Shown here: positions 37,012 through 49,671 of the stretch, piece by piece
Numbering within the stretch: the stretch's first letter is position 1
Layout of the letters: each line of letters starts with the position of its first letter
Assembly: GCF_009914755.1 (NCBI RefSeq)
Contig: NC_060926.1
Direction: 5' to 3' (one strand)
Length of the DNA: 64,000 nt
Origin: the human T2T-CHM13v2.0 reference genome, Homo sapiens
Program-made: the position numbers and the translations under genes
Notes under the pieces: generated by a model
What the model was told of the DNA's origin: nothing
The model's input: the letters and a program-made list of their open reading frames with translations, nothing else
The model's database searches: none

Positions 37012-37488
37012 ATGGCGGGCGCCCCTCCCCCAGCCTCGCTGCCGCCTTGCAGTTTGATCTCAGACTGCTGTGCTAGCAATCAGCGAGACTCCGTGGGCGT
37101 AGGACCCTTGGAGCCAGGTGCGGGATATAATCTCGTGGTGCGCCGTTTTTTAAGCCCGTCGGAAAAGCGCAGTATTCGGGTGGGAGTGACCCGATTTTCC
37201 AGGTGCCGTCCATCACCCCTTTCTTTGACTCAGAAAGGGAACTCCCTGACCCCTTGCGCTTCCGAAGTGAGGCAATGCCTCGCCCTGCTTCGGCTTTTGC
37301 ACGGTGCGCTGCACCCACTGACCTGCGCCCACTGTCTGGCACTCCCTAGTGAGATGAACCCGGTACCTCACATGGAAATGGAGAAATTACCCGTCTTCTG
37401 CGTCGCTCACGCTGGGAGCTGTAGACCGGAGCTGTTCCTATTTGGCCATCTTGCCATTTTTCCCCATAATCTGTTTTTTGGTACTTAA
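37012..37488 (+). CDS. ORF0: LINE-1 ORF0-initiated frame, extended to 158 aa and ending in flanking DNA
   Basis: MAGAPPPASLPP start; diverges from the 71-aa form after RFSRC; stop lies beyond the TSD. Confidence 0.5.
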   Translation: MAGAPPPASLPPCSLISDCCASNQRDSVGVGPLEPGAGYNLVVRRFLSPSEKRSIRVGVTRFSRCRPSPLSLTQKGNSLTPCASEVRQCLALLRLLHGALHPLTCAHCLALPSEMNPVPHMEMEKLPVFCVAHAGSCRPELFLFGHLAIFPHNLFFGT

Positions 37489-38520
37489 AATGGTAGGATA
37501 ATACCATCTTCTCATATTGATAAATATTTCTATAAGGTGTTTTTAGTGTTTGCTTACATCTGTTGTGCACATAGTTTATTTAACTAACCCTCCTCTGTTT
37601 GGCAATGTGGATTATTTCCAACTTTTATTTGTAATAAAAAACTGCACTGCAGTGATCTTCCTTATGATTAAATTTCTGTACCCATCCTTAATTATCTTTT
37701 TAGGATGAATTTCCAGAGGGCGAATTGCACTTCACATCTAACTCTTTCAATGCTTAGTGTCAAGCTGCCCTGCAGAGAGGTTCTGCAGATGTGTGCATGC
37801 TCATCAGTGTACACCAGTGCCCATTTCCTTGCACCCTTGGCAACACCAGATATTGCTATTTTAAATTAAATACCTTTTTAAAATTTTTTTCTATTTTTTA
37901 ATTTTTTTAAAAATTTAAGTTCTGGGATACATGTGCAGAACGTGCAGGCTTGTTACATAGGTATACATGTGCCATGGTGGTTTGCTGCACCTATCAACCC
38001 GTCATCTAGGTTTTAAGCCCCACATGCATCAGGTATTTGTCCTAATGCCCTCCCTTCCCTTTCCCCCACCACCTGACAGGCCCCAGTGTGTGATGTTTCC
38101 CTCCTTGTGTCCATGTGTTCTTATTGTTCAACTCCCACTTACGAGTGAAAACATGTGGTGTTTGGTTTTCTGTTCCTGTGTTAGTTTGCTGAGAATGATG
38201 GTTTCCAGCTTCATCCACGTCCCTGCAAAGGACATGAACTCATTCTTTTTATGGCTGCATGGTATTCCATGGTATATATGTGTCACATTTTCTTTGTTCA
38301 GTCTATCATTGATGAGCATTTGGGTTGGTTCCAAGTCTTTGCTTTCAATTAAATGCCTTTTTACTTTTAATTTGAAACATGCTGTCATTTCTTCAATTTG
38401 CCTTTCTTTGGTAACTACTAGTTGATTATTTTTCATATGTCCTTATGGATTTGTGTTTCTTCTTTTGGAAATTTATTGTTCATTTCTATTCCTTTTCTAT
38501 TGGAGGTTTTGTCTTTTTTA
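37465..38520 (-). mobile_element. Ancient L1M fragment (also ~31200-31420) that hosts L1-B and the L1PA8 piece
   Basis: T-rich L1M-type 3' sequence continuous across the TSDs of both insertions. Confidence 0.5.
37881..38346 (-). mobile_element. 5'-truncated L1 (L1PA8-like)
   Basis: gggatacatgtgcagaacgtgc...ctaggttttaagcccc; TSD aattaaat(a/g)ccttttta at 37864 and 38347. Confidence 0.88.
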
Positions 38521-39199
38521 CACTGAGGGAGGTGAGTCACAATCTTTTTTTTATGTCCCCACCTCCATGACATTGCTAAATACCCAGCCATAGGCAACCT
38601 TATACTTATTTTACTTTTAGGATCTTCCTGTTTGATACCTTATAGCCTTTCTTTCTCAACTTGATCGAAAGCTCCTTGAAGGCAGGATCATGTGTTCAGT
38701 AGTTAAACTGCGTGATTCAACATCATCATCGCAGGAATGTGCCATTCAGAGTAGCTGAGGTTTTGCCTTTGAAGCATGAGATCTCATGAGCTACCGAGAA
38801 ACATCTCATGTTTTTCACGAGGGGTTTTCCTCATTCCTCCTCAACCACATGGCATAGGACAGCCTTGGGACTGAAGAGCCTTTCAAGATCCTCTGAGGTT
38901 CAGCTAATGATTTGCTCCGAAGCTATTCTTTCTTGAGGCACTTGTTCACTCCCTGTCTTTTCTGCTGCTAGAACATTTCTATTCCATGCATTCATTGATC
39001 AGACTTCAGCTCACAGCCTACTTGTTGATAGCATCGTGTTGTGTGCTGGGGGCTCCCTTGTCTTTAAGGGACATGCTCTTTGCCTCCTGAGGATTGTGGT
39101 TTAGTGGAGACAGACACCTGGGGCAGGGAGCAAGGCAAGGGCAGAGGGTTGAGGGGGCTCTGGGGTGGTGAAGGAAGGCATCCCACATGACTTCAGCAG

Positions 39200-40500
39200 T
39201 CAACTGGTGTTTTATTGCAGTATTTGGCACATCTTACCACTCTCCTGTCTTGACGTCCTCCCTTCCCTTGCCTCCTGAGATGTCACACTCTTCAGGTCCC
39301 CTTTCTTAGTCTCCATGCAGGAGACTCTTTGTCTCTTTGCAGAATCATCCTTCTATATGAGGTCAGCAAGTGCAGGAGCTCCCCTTCTCATCCTTTTCCC
39401 TCTTCCGCCCTCCTGTCCCCTCCGTCCTCTCTTTTCTTCCTTCTCCTTTCGCCTCCTCTAGTTTCCTTTCTGTCTTGTTTTCTTCTCTTACTTCTCCTTC
39501 CTCTTCTCTTCTTTTTCTCTCTTTCCTGGCAAATGTCTTCCACATCTATGGCTTAAATTACCAAGTGTATATCCAGTCCATACCTTGCCCCTGAGCTCCA
39601 AGCTCGCACGTCAGACTGCTTACTCTGACTGTCTGTCATACCTCAAACTCAACACAGCCAAGGCTGAACTTCAGAGCTTCCTTCACAACCTGGCCTCTTC
39701 CAGCGTTCAGTAATATCCATCTAATTATGCACATCAACAATCTAGATGCTATCCATTCTACCTCCCTTTCCTTCCACCTTTAAATCCTTTCCATCTCCAT
39801 GTCTGGTCGATATTTCTGGAATACATCATTCTCTCCCACCCCACCATCACTACCCTAGTCCAAGCTGCCAACGTTTCTCCCTGACATCTGTAAGGCCTCC
39901 TACTTAGTCACTACCCTCACTCTGGCACCTCTCCCACTGTCCTCCACTCTGGGCCTTCAATACTATTTTTAATGCAAATCGTGTCATGGCACAGACCTTG
40001 CTTACCATCCCCCTTGGCGACCCCTCACTCTCAGCGTAATGACCCACAGCCTTTGCCTGATCTGCAAGGCCTGGTCTGGTCCCTACCTGCCCTCAGACCT
40101 TGTGCTTCTCATTCTCCATGCTTGTTAGCAGTCACTGTACCGCCATGCTCTGCCTTGACACAGGGCCTCTTCCTGGGTGTCCCTTGGTTGACCACCTGCC
40201 TGTGACCATCAGCTCCTACCCAGTCTCCAGCTCACAGAGCAGAAGACATTGCTTCTCAGAAGCATTTCAGACCCCAGCCCAGGATAGTTTCATTTTAAAA
40301 ATATATTCTCATGGTGCCATATCCCTTCCTCCTAGGGCACTCAATCGACTTGTAATTATACATTCAATCTTGTGGCCTCTACTTTAAAGCCTCCCTCCTC
40401 CTGGACGGTGAGCAGATTCCATCTAGTTGCTGCCCAATGTGCTGGCCCTATCTCTTAGCACAGGGCTGTAGGGTACAGGAGATGCTGGCCAAATGGATGG
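39200..40500 (+). mobile_element. L2 fragment with an internal polypyrimidine tract (39380-39530)
   Basis: catctatggcttaaattacc...ccctgagctcca...cctcaaactcaaca...aatgcaaatc motifs. Confidence 0.7.
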
Positions 40501-41171
40501 GTGTCTGGTCCACGCCACCAGCTTCATCTCATCCTACCCTATTCTATGTGCTCCAGCTAGGAAATGGGGTACACAGGGCTGAGGGGGTGAGACTGCCTGA
40601 AGGAGAAGTCATCAGTGTACTGTTTGCAGGCTTCAGATAAAAGCCTATATTCACAATGGTTTCTAAAGAGTTGGGTTGTTTGTTTTCTTTGGAAATTAAT
40701 TTATCTGTGAGAGTTGCAGCATCCTATAAACCCTAAGGGATGGTGATTATCTGCTAATTAACTTTGCTGATTAATGGTTAACTGGCATTTGACTTCGTTG
40801 TGAAACTCCTAAGCCCACCCACTTGCCTTTGTGTCGTCATATCTGCTTTTGGGAAGATTTCCCTGACTTATTTCCTGCTTTGATCATACACTGTCTCCTG
40901 CAGAGCCAAATTTGGAGAAGACGTTTCTTCTTCAGGGTGGTCTTGCTCACACATTTCATACATCAGGAAGTGACAGGCATGAAACCCGCCCCCTGCCCCC
41001 TCCTTTCCCCCACCAGCCCCACTGGGTTTCCTCCACTAGCTTTCCTGCTCCTAACTTGGGTGAATGATCTCTGTTTACTTGTGTGAAAGTCAGAGGTGTT
41101 AAGGAAAATTATCTAACACTTGCAAATAAGGGGAAAAGATGACTGAATATATTTTCAGTGTCATGCTAATG

Positions 41172-42214
41172 CAGTGCTTCTCCAAGTATGGGCTGAAACA
41201 CTAGGGAATCCCAAAACCCTTTCAGGAGCTCGGTAAGGTCAAAACTAGTTCTTAATAACAGGAAGATGTTACTTGCCTTTTTCACTATGTTGACATTTGC
41301 ACACTGATACAAAACCAACAGTGGGTAAAACTGCTTGTGCCTTGGTACAAATCAGGGTAGGGCAGGAAACTTTGCTATTAGTCGTTGTATACTTCCCCTA
41401 CCACCACCTCTCAGCAAAAAAAAACAAAAAAAAACAAAACAACAACAAAACCCAGTTTCACTGACAAAACCAGTGGTGATATTAATGAATTTTTGGAAAT
41501 AGTATAATGAAGTATGTCAACATGTGGAAGATCTTCACAATTCAATGGACTGATATTTTCTAAGTACTCATTGTGAGACAATCACACATGGGTAAGAGAT
41601 CCATTTAAAGTGTAAGATAGACCCGCGGATTTTATTCTAACAGAGTACAAAAGTCCACTGATATGGCTTTAAGTTGCATGTTGCAAGTCACCTGTAGAAA
41701 CTACCACTTGTCCGGTGGTACTTTAGAGAAGTATCAAATAAAACAATCCACAGTTATCCAAAAATGCTATTAAAATATCCCTCCTCCCTGTTTCAATAAC
41801 ATGTCTTTGAGAGGCTGGATTTCCTTCACAGGCTTCAACCAAAACAACATATTGTAACAGGTTGAACGCAGGAGCAGCTACGAGAATCCAGCTGTCTCCT
41901 ATTAAACTAGACATTAAAGAGATTTACAAAGATGTAGAACATTCCTACTCTTCTCACTAAACTTTTTTTTTTTTTTGAAAATGTAGTTAGCTTTCATAAA
42001 AGCATTTTGTTTATGGCAAATTATAGTAGGTTTATTATTGCTATTTAAAAATGAATAAAAACATTTTAAAATGTTTCTAAGTTTTAATTTTTACTATAGC
42101 AAATATCGATAGATGTGACTCACATCAGCAAAGCTCTTTGGGGCTTTAATTCATTTAAAAAGTTATTTAAAAGGGTAAAGAGATACTGAGACCAAAAAAG
42201 CATGAGAACCACTG
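41172..42214. mobile_element. Charlie1-family hAT transposon, internally deleted
   Basis: Termini cagtgcttctc / gagaaccactg; ccctttcagga...aggtcaaaacta; aatgctattaaaatatccctc...gaggctggattt. Confidence 0.75.
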
Positions 42215-42901
42215 TGCTGGAACATTTTTTAACAAGTCAGCTTAAGGATTATCTTCTCTAGTGATGAAACTTTGTTTGCACAATGATTAGGACTCAAACA
42301 TTACTCAGTTCTGTAAAACTGGTAAGATGTGACAATTTAGCTGTCAGTTTGAAAAGATAACCCTGAAAGTTATGGTTTTATTATCCTATAAGGAATTAAT
42401 CAGTTTTATTTTTTTTTTGTCTAACTTAGCAATCTTGTCTCAACATTTCTTTCTTTTCCATTGAGCGTGAAAGATCACTTTTACATATTCTGTTTGGAAC
42501 CAGACGTGCCTTTCTGCTGGATCCTTCATTAATCGGTTAAATAGAACTTTGACGTGTGCTTACTATTGGTGTGAAAATTGTGTTTGTTAAATACATTATG
42601 AGAGTTTCATTTGGACAAGGGACAAGGGTGGAAATGCTGGTGGAACTTCCTCTCCTGCCTCAGTTTCTCAGTATGCACATTGGAAAGAACATCAGCCTTG
42701 GAGACACCGTGAGAGCCCAGGTCTGGCCACTTCTGGCCGTGTGGCCCTCTGCTGTTGTCTGATCTCTGAGATTCAGCTGTCTCCCCATGCTCTGGGGATT
42801 ACAGGGCCAATTGCCTAGAGTTGTGATGAGGACTCAGTGAAGCACATATGTAAAGCACCCAGCAGAATACCCCATCTTGTCAAAGCCACAGAAACCCAGC
42901 G

Positions 42902-43331
42902 GGTATTAGTTTGCTGCAGCTGCCATAACAAAGTACCACAGACTGGGTGGCTTAAACAAAAAAATGTATTTCCTCACTGTTCAGGAAGCTGGAGGCCCAC
43001 AATCAGGGGGTCAGCAGTGTTGGTTTTCTCTTAGGGCCATCATGGAAAGACCCATTTCAGGCCTCTCTCCTTGGCTTGCAGATGCCACCCTGTTGCTGTG
43101 CCTGCATGGCCTTTTCTCTGTGCACACGTGCCCCTGGTGTCTCTACAGGTGTCCAAATGTCCTTTTCTTATAAGGATGCCGGTCAGATTGGATCAGGGTC
43201 CATCCTAACAGCCTCATTTTATCTAGTTACCTCTCTAAAGTTCCTATCTCCAAGGGCAGTTGCATTGTGAGGTACTGGTGGTTAGGGCTTTGACATATGA
43301 ATTTTGGAGGGATGTGATTCAGCCCATGACA
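42902..43331 (-). mobile_element. MLT1A/B MaLR LTR
   Basis: tattagtttgct...ccataacaaagtaccacagactgggtggcttaaac...attcagcccatgaca. Confidence 0.85.
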
Positions 43332-43389
43332 CCAGGTAACTTAACTATTACAATACAAGCATGTAGCAACCAACCTGAGCACCTCACCA

Positions 43390-43960
43390 GTGTTTGACTC
43401 TAAACAGCATTTCACTCACGGGTTGGGCGTGCTCTTGTGTTGGGGCTCAGCTGTAGGCTGGAGAGGCGATCCCAACTTGGGTTTCCCATATTTCTTCGGG
43501 TTGGCTGGTTGTTATCTCATCTATGCTGGGATGACTGAAATGACTGGGCTCTCCTCCCCTGTGTCTTATCTTCCAGCAAGCTGGTTGGGCCACGTCCTTC
43601 ACTGGTCCTACAGTTAATTTGTCCACTGGATTTCCTTTAAGGACTTCGGGAACAGCCTAGCAAGGAGAGGACAGCATTCATTCTGGGCTTTTGAGATCTG
43701 CTGCTTAAATGTTCCTTTAAGCACCCTCACAGACACAAGGTGATGGCACAGGGCACACCAGACCAAGTTCAGGGTGCACAGAGATTTAAAGCCTCTGCTT
43801 GCGCCATGCCCCTCTACCTCACATTGGCTCAAGCCAGTCATACAGCCAAGTCCCGAGTCAGAGAAGGAGGGCCCTGCAAAGGCATCCAGCAGAGGATGGG
43901 GCTGTGTGTGGCAGGTGGGGGGAGAAAAGCATCCATTAATGCCATCAGCTACCACAGGCC
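43390..43960 (-). mobile_element. Old MLT1 (I/J-like) LTR carrying a ~140-bp foreign insert
   Basis: gactgggctctcc...tcttccagcaagctg and aagcctctgcttgc...cattggctcaagccagtcatacagccaag lie either side of 43597-43737. Confidence 0.55.
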
Positions 43961-44101
43961 CATAGCTCACAGCTCTCCTAAACCCTTCTTAAATCTATCT
44001 GAATTCTATTTGCTTCTGTCTTATAAAAATGGTGAAGGAAATAAGTGCTTATCAAGTTTCAACTCTACACTACACATTTTGTTATACTATACCACTTAAT
44101 T

Positions 44102-44323
44102 CAGAGTGGTCCAACCTGTGGCCCATGGGATGCATTCGGCCTAGGATGGCTTTGAATGTGGCCCAACACACATTCGTAAACTTTCTTAAAACATTATGAG
44201 ATTTTTTTGCAATTTTTTTTTTTAGCTCATCAGCTATTGTTAGTGTTAGTGTATTTTATGTGTGGCCCAAGACAATTCTTTTTCCAGTGTGGCCCAGGGA
44301 AGCCAAAAGATTGGACACCATTG
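44102..44323 (-). mobile_element. MER30
   Basis: gtccaacctgtggccc...gtggcccagggaagccaaaagattggacacc. Confidence 0.85.
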
Positions 44324-44469
44324 ATTTAATTCTCCCCTCAGCCCCAGGAAGTAGGCATTATTATCCACCTTTAACAGATGAGAAACTGAGGCTCAGACAA
44401 GTTAAATAACTCATTCCAAGTGACTCTGTGTATTAATCAGGGTTCTTTTAGAGGGACAGAACTAATAGG

Positions 44470-44508
<39 letters not shown>

Positions 44509-44531
44509 TATATATATACACAGAACTAATA

Positions 44532-45537
44532 GGATATATATGTATATATACAGATATATAGGATATATATATGTATATATACAGATATATAGGATATATA
44601 TATGTATATATACAGATATATAGGATATATATATGTATATGTACAGATATATAGGATATATATATGTATATGTACAGATATATAGGATATATATATGTAT
44701 ATGTACAGATATATAGGATATATATATGTATATGTACAGATATATAGGATATATATATGTATATGTACAGATATATAGGATATATATATGTATATGTACA
44801 GATATATAGGATATATATATGTATATGTACAGATATATAGGATATATATATGTATATGTACAGATATATAGGATATATATATGTATATGTACAGATATAT
44901 AGGATATATATATGTATATGTACAGATATATAGGATATATATGTATATGTACAGATATATAGGATATATATATGTATATGTACAGATATATAGGATATAT
45001 ATATGTATATGTACAGATATATAGGATATATATATGTATATGTACAGATATATAGGATATATATATGTATATGTACAGATATATAGGATATATATATGTA
45101 TATGTACAGATATATAGGATATATATATGTATATGTACAGATATATAGGATATATATATGTATATGTACAGATATATAGGATATATATATGTATATGTAC
45201 AGATATATAGGATATATATATGTATATGTACAGATATATAGGATATATATATGTATATGTACAGATATATAGGATATATATATGTATATGTACAGATATA
45301 TAGGATATATATATGTATATGTACAGATATATAGGATATATATATGTATATGTACAGATATATAGGATATATATATGTATATGTACAGATATATAGGATA
45401 TATATATGTATATGTACAGATATATAGGATATATATATGTATATGTACAGATATATAGGATATATATATGTATATGTACAGATATATAGGATATATATAT
45501 GTATATGTACAGATATATAGGATATATATATGTATAT
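44532..45537. repeat. 31-bp AT-rich minisatellite, ~32 copies
   Basis: Unit ggatatatatatgtatatgtacagatatata; first units have A instead of G at one position; one 29-bp unit near 44933. Confidence 0.95.
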
Positions 45538-45922
45538 CCTATTAGTTCTGTGATAGGATATATATATACACACACATACACACACACATATATATACACA
45601 CACATATATATGTGTGTGTATATATATATATAAATAGGATATATATATCCTATTCTGTGTGTGTATATATATATCTCCATATATATATATCTGTATATAT
45701 ATATTCCTTTAAAATTGACCCATTTTCTTTCAGACTTTTATTATTGACATCAAAGCTGGCTTATGAGTGCTTTAGATATGAAAGATTTCTATCTCAACAT
45801 ACTGTTAGGATATGATATATATGATCTATCATATCCTAACATATATATGTATATATGGAGATATATATGGATATATATATATATGGAGATATATATGGAG
45901 ATATATATGGATATATATATAT

Positions 45923-45924
<2 letters not shown>

Positions 45925-45989
<65 letters not shown>
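45925..45989. repeat. (GT)n(AT)n microsatellite
   Basis: Direct reading. Confidence 0.95.
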
Positions 45990-45991
<2 letters not shown>

Positions 45992-47479
45992 TTTATTAAG
46001 TATTAACTTACACGATCACAAGGTCCCACAATAGGCTGTCTGCAAGCTGAGGAGCAAGGAGAGCCAGTCCGAGTCCCAAAACTGCAGAACTTGGAGTTTG
46101 ATGTTCGAGGGCAGGAAGCATCTAGCACGGGAGTAAGATGTAGGCTGGGAAGCTCGGCCCATCTTGTCCTTTTCACGTTTTTCTGCCTGCTTTATATTCG
46201 CTGGCAGCTGATTAGATCGTGCCCATCAGATTAAGGATGGGTCTGCCTTCCCCCACCCCCTTACTCAAATGTTAATCTATTTTGGCAACACTCTCACAGA
46301 CACACCCAAGATCAATACTTTGTGTCCTTCAGTCCAATCAAGTTGACACTCAGTATTAACCATCACACTCTGCTCAGACGAATTTCTAAAACCTAGATCT
46401 GTGTGACTGCAAAGAGCTTTTTCCCTCATCAGAGCTTTCTAAACCTTTCCATCAAAATTACTCTACAGGCAGAGGAAAGTGAATTCATATCCCTAGGGTG
46501 CCTGAGGGCTACTGCCCAAATTGCCCATCACAATATGAAAATTCTTCATAGTTGTAAATTTTATCTTAAAAATGAATATAAATTTGGCATTTGACTCTAT
46601 AAGATAGATTTCAAATAGAAAAATCCCTGGTATTTTTAAGCATGATATATGCTCCTGGAGTACATGCATGTGTATGGGGCATTTCTCGGTACCTCTGGCA
46701 CACAGCTGCATCCCTCAGAAACTTGCCCAGCTCAGTCTGGGAAGCATGACATGGCACCAAGCATCCTGTCTGGAACAATGAAATGAAATTGAACGGCAGG
46801 GTTTGCCTGGTTGTTAATATGCCCCATTGCAAATGGATGTGACAGATTTTTGGCACCACCTGTCACATTTTTGACATTCCCAGATACTTCACTGGTTCTA
46901 CAGTTAATTTGTCCACTGGGTTTCCTTTAAGGACTTTGGGAACAGCCTAGCAAGGAGAGGACAGCATTGATTCTGGGCTTTTGAGATCTGCTGCTTAAAT
47001 ATTCCTTTAAAATTGACCCATTTTCTTTCAGACTTTTATTACTTACTGACATCAAAGCTGGCTTATGAGTGCTTTAGATGTGAAAGATTTCTATCTCAAC
47101 ATACCGTTAGGATACGATATTGTCTGTGCCATCAGGGAGCTCAGTTTCCTGTTAACATTAATATTCGAGATTACCTTGTGACCCCAAGGTAGAGCTGGAA
47201 TTTGAGGTGGAAAAATTTTATATTTTTGGGCTTCGAGGCAATAGGTAAATGAGTCTCTGATTAGAATCTCGAGCCTCTGATTAGATGGTGATGAGAGAAA
47301 CATGGACTCCTTAAGTCTTTCAGAAATGGGGTTCTTGTTATATCCTGAGACCATGGAATAAGTATTAGCATTAGGGGATTCAGCTCCAAATCTGTGGTTT
47401 ATAGTAGACTCATCTGGTGCCCAAATTGCATCCTTTTATCTCCCTTTTGAGTTCAGCCATTGCCAGATGGATAGTGCAA

Positions 47480-47908
47480 TGCTGGCTTTGGTTCTTTTTG
47501 TGCTGATGGTGTCTGGCCTCAAGCATGCTTCCCTTGATTTGGCTTTCTGCTTTAGGGCTCTTTCAATAGTGGAGTAGTAGAAGCATGCACAGCCAATGTG
47601 TGCAGAAGTACAGGCAGTTAAAACCTCCCAGGACAATCCTGCGGGACAGCACCTCATGGACAAATGCTCCTGTTTCTCCTCCTTTGGCAGATAACCCTGG
47701 GGGTCATTCTGTGCACTGCTGAGGGGGCCTTTTGGAATATGAGCTTTGGTTGCCCATAGCAGTGACCTTGGTGATGGCCCCTACTGCTGGCTTTTCATTC
47801 CTGCCTCACTCTCCCTAGCTGCTGCTTCCTGGGATCACCGCATGCATCACCACCTGCACCCAGGCCTTTGTCTCAAGCTCCATTCTCTAGGGAGAACAGG
47901 CTAAGACA
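47480..47908 (+). mobile_element. LTR16-like ERVL LTR
   Basis: ggttgcccatagcagtgacc...gcttcctgggatcacc...ttgtctcaagctc...ggctaagaca. Confidence 0.6.
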
Positions 47909-49128
47909 CTGTCCTCTCTGGCTTGGTTTCTTTGGGCAAGTTTCTTCACTTCTCTGGTCTTGCTCAGTTGTCTCACCTATCCGAGGGCTATTGATTGCTG
48001 AAGTCCCTTCCAGTTCTGGAACTCTATGGCTCTATTTGACTGTTTCATCTTTCCTGGGGATATCCTTCTTTCCTTTATTCATTCATAAGCCAACCCTTTG
48101 ACATTCCAGTTGGCTGGTTTTTAAATTTCGGATGAGTCACTTTAACGCCTAGGTGCTGGAGAATGTCGAGAAGCATTATCCCTCCCTTGGTGACCTTTTC
48201 TTTTCTGTGTAGGTCACTCATTGCATTGCATTTTTGAAACAGGGCAGGCATCCTTTTTAATCTGACTTTAGTGCCAAGACACTGATGCCCACTGTGGGGC
48301 TCATAACCAAATATTTCATACTGACAATTTTTCTCTCTTCTTTTTTTCTAAAAAAATCCTGCCTCTTTTCCATTTGGTTTTGATTAATGAAAGGCTGCCC
48401 ATGGTCAGCTTTGCATTTCTGCCTCCGTTCCCCCAGCTCCCATCACGTAGAGAAGATCACACAATCATTTGAAGATCCTTTGCTGTAGCTTTGTGACCTG
48501 TGTAAATGATGATGTTGAGAAGGAGTGGTGGTAGGGAGAGACTCACTTCATTTTCATCTTTTACTGAACATTTTCTGAATCATAGGAATCCACCCTAATT
48601 CCTGATGCTACAAATTATTGTATTGGGCCCCAAATGATGTGTCCAGCTTGCAGGAAATGGTGCCGTTTATCAAGTACATGTGCTAGACCATAGACTAGGC
48701 ATTTTACCTAAATCCTCACAGTAACCCTGCAAGAAGCGTATGTTGTCCTCATTTTGACTAGCAGGGAAACTGAAGCACATTTCATCGACTCTAGTACTCT
48801 AGTGCTTACTTGTACTCAGGTGTTGCTTAATAAATATTTACTGAAGAAATGAATGAATGAGGCTTAGAAGATTTTGCTAGGTGGCCTAGCTGGCTGAGAT
48901 TTAAACCCATGTCTGGCTGTGTGCTAACCCTGTCTTCCCATGAGGGCACCTGTTTTGCTTCACAGAGTGTCTACACTGTCCAGTCATTCTCACCACTGCC
49001 CTTGTGAGCCAAGAACCTTTCTGCATTGGTACACTACATTGGTTCACATGTCTCTATCAGCCCCCAATGTCTCCTTTCTGTTTATCCAATTGCTTGCCTT
49101 CCTTCAAAGTCAGATGTTGGTTACAAAC

Positions 49129-49199
49129 AAACACACACACGCACACACACACACACACACATACACACGGGGAGAGAGAGAGAGAAAGAGAGAGAGAGA
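49129..49199. repeat. (CA)n(GA)n compound microsatellite
   Basis: Direct reading. Confidence 0.9.
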
Positions 49200-49671
49200 A
49201 CAGTGGAGATTATACTGCATCTATAATCTGGTAATATTTTCGCTTGGCACAAAGTAATGTAAATTCTGTAAATACCACCCTTTAGGGTGCTGTGTGTGGG
49301 ATGGCAGGGTGGATCAGGATTTTGGGTTGACTCACAAGTCATTCTACTGGAATGCTAGTAAACAGCTAAAGGGCTCAGGTTCAGAGAGCTGGCTCTAGTC
49401 CAATTTCTGACTCTGTCATTAGAAAGTCAACCTCCCCAAACCTTAATATTTTCACTTGCAAACTGAGGGAATTGGCCCCCTCAATTTCAATTCCCTTACA
49501 TGCTAAGTTATTTGATTCTGTGAAATCGAGAGCAATGAAATGAATAATGATCACAATGTCCATTTATAGAACAAGCTTTGCCCTTAACAGGTGCTCACTA
49601 CAGTGCCATGTTGATCACAGCTTCTGTTGGAGGAAGGCAGGGCCACGTTGACCTCCAGAGCTGTACCATGA

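Larger units (their letters stand above)
44429..46367 (-). mobile_element. MLT2A ERVL solo LTR expanded internally by ~1.5 kb of tandem and templated sequence
   Basis: tgtattaatcagggttc...agaactaataggat and gagtttattaagtattaac...ttaaccatcaca; TSD CTCTG at 44424 and 46368. Confidence 0.9.

Noticed and set aside
44532-45537. CRISPR-like array of ~31-bp repeats
   Set aside because: Units are directly adjacent with no unique spacers; eukaryotic context with no cas genes.
44437-45680. 388-aa and 384-aa Tyr/Ile-rich ORFs
   Set aside because: Translations of a stop-free strand of the 31-bp minisatellite; no coding evidence.
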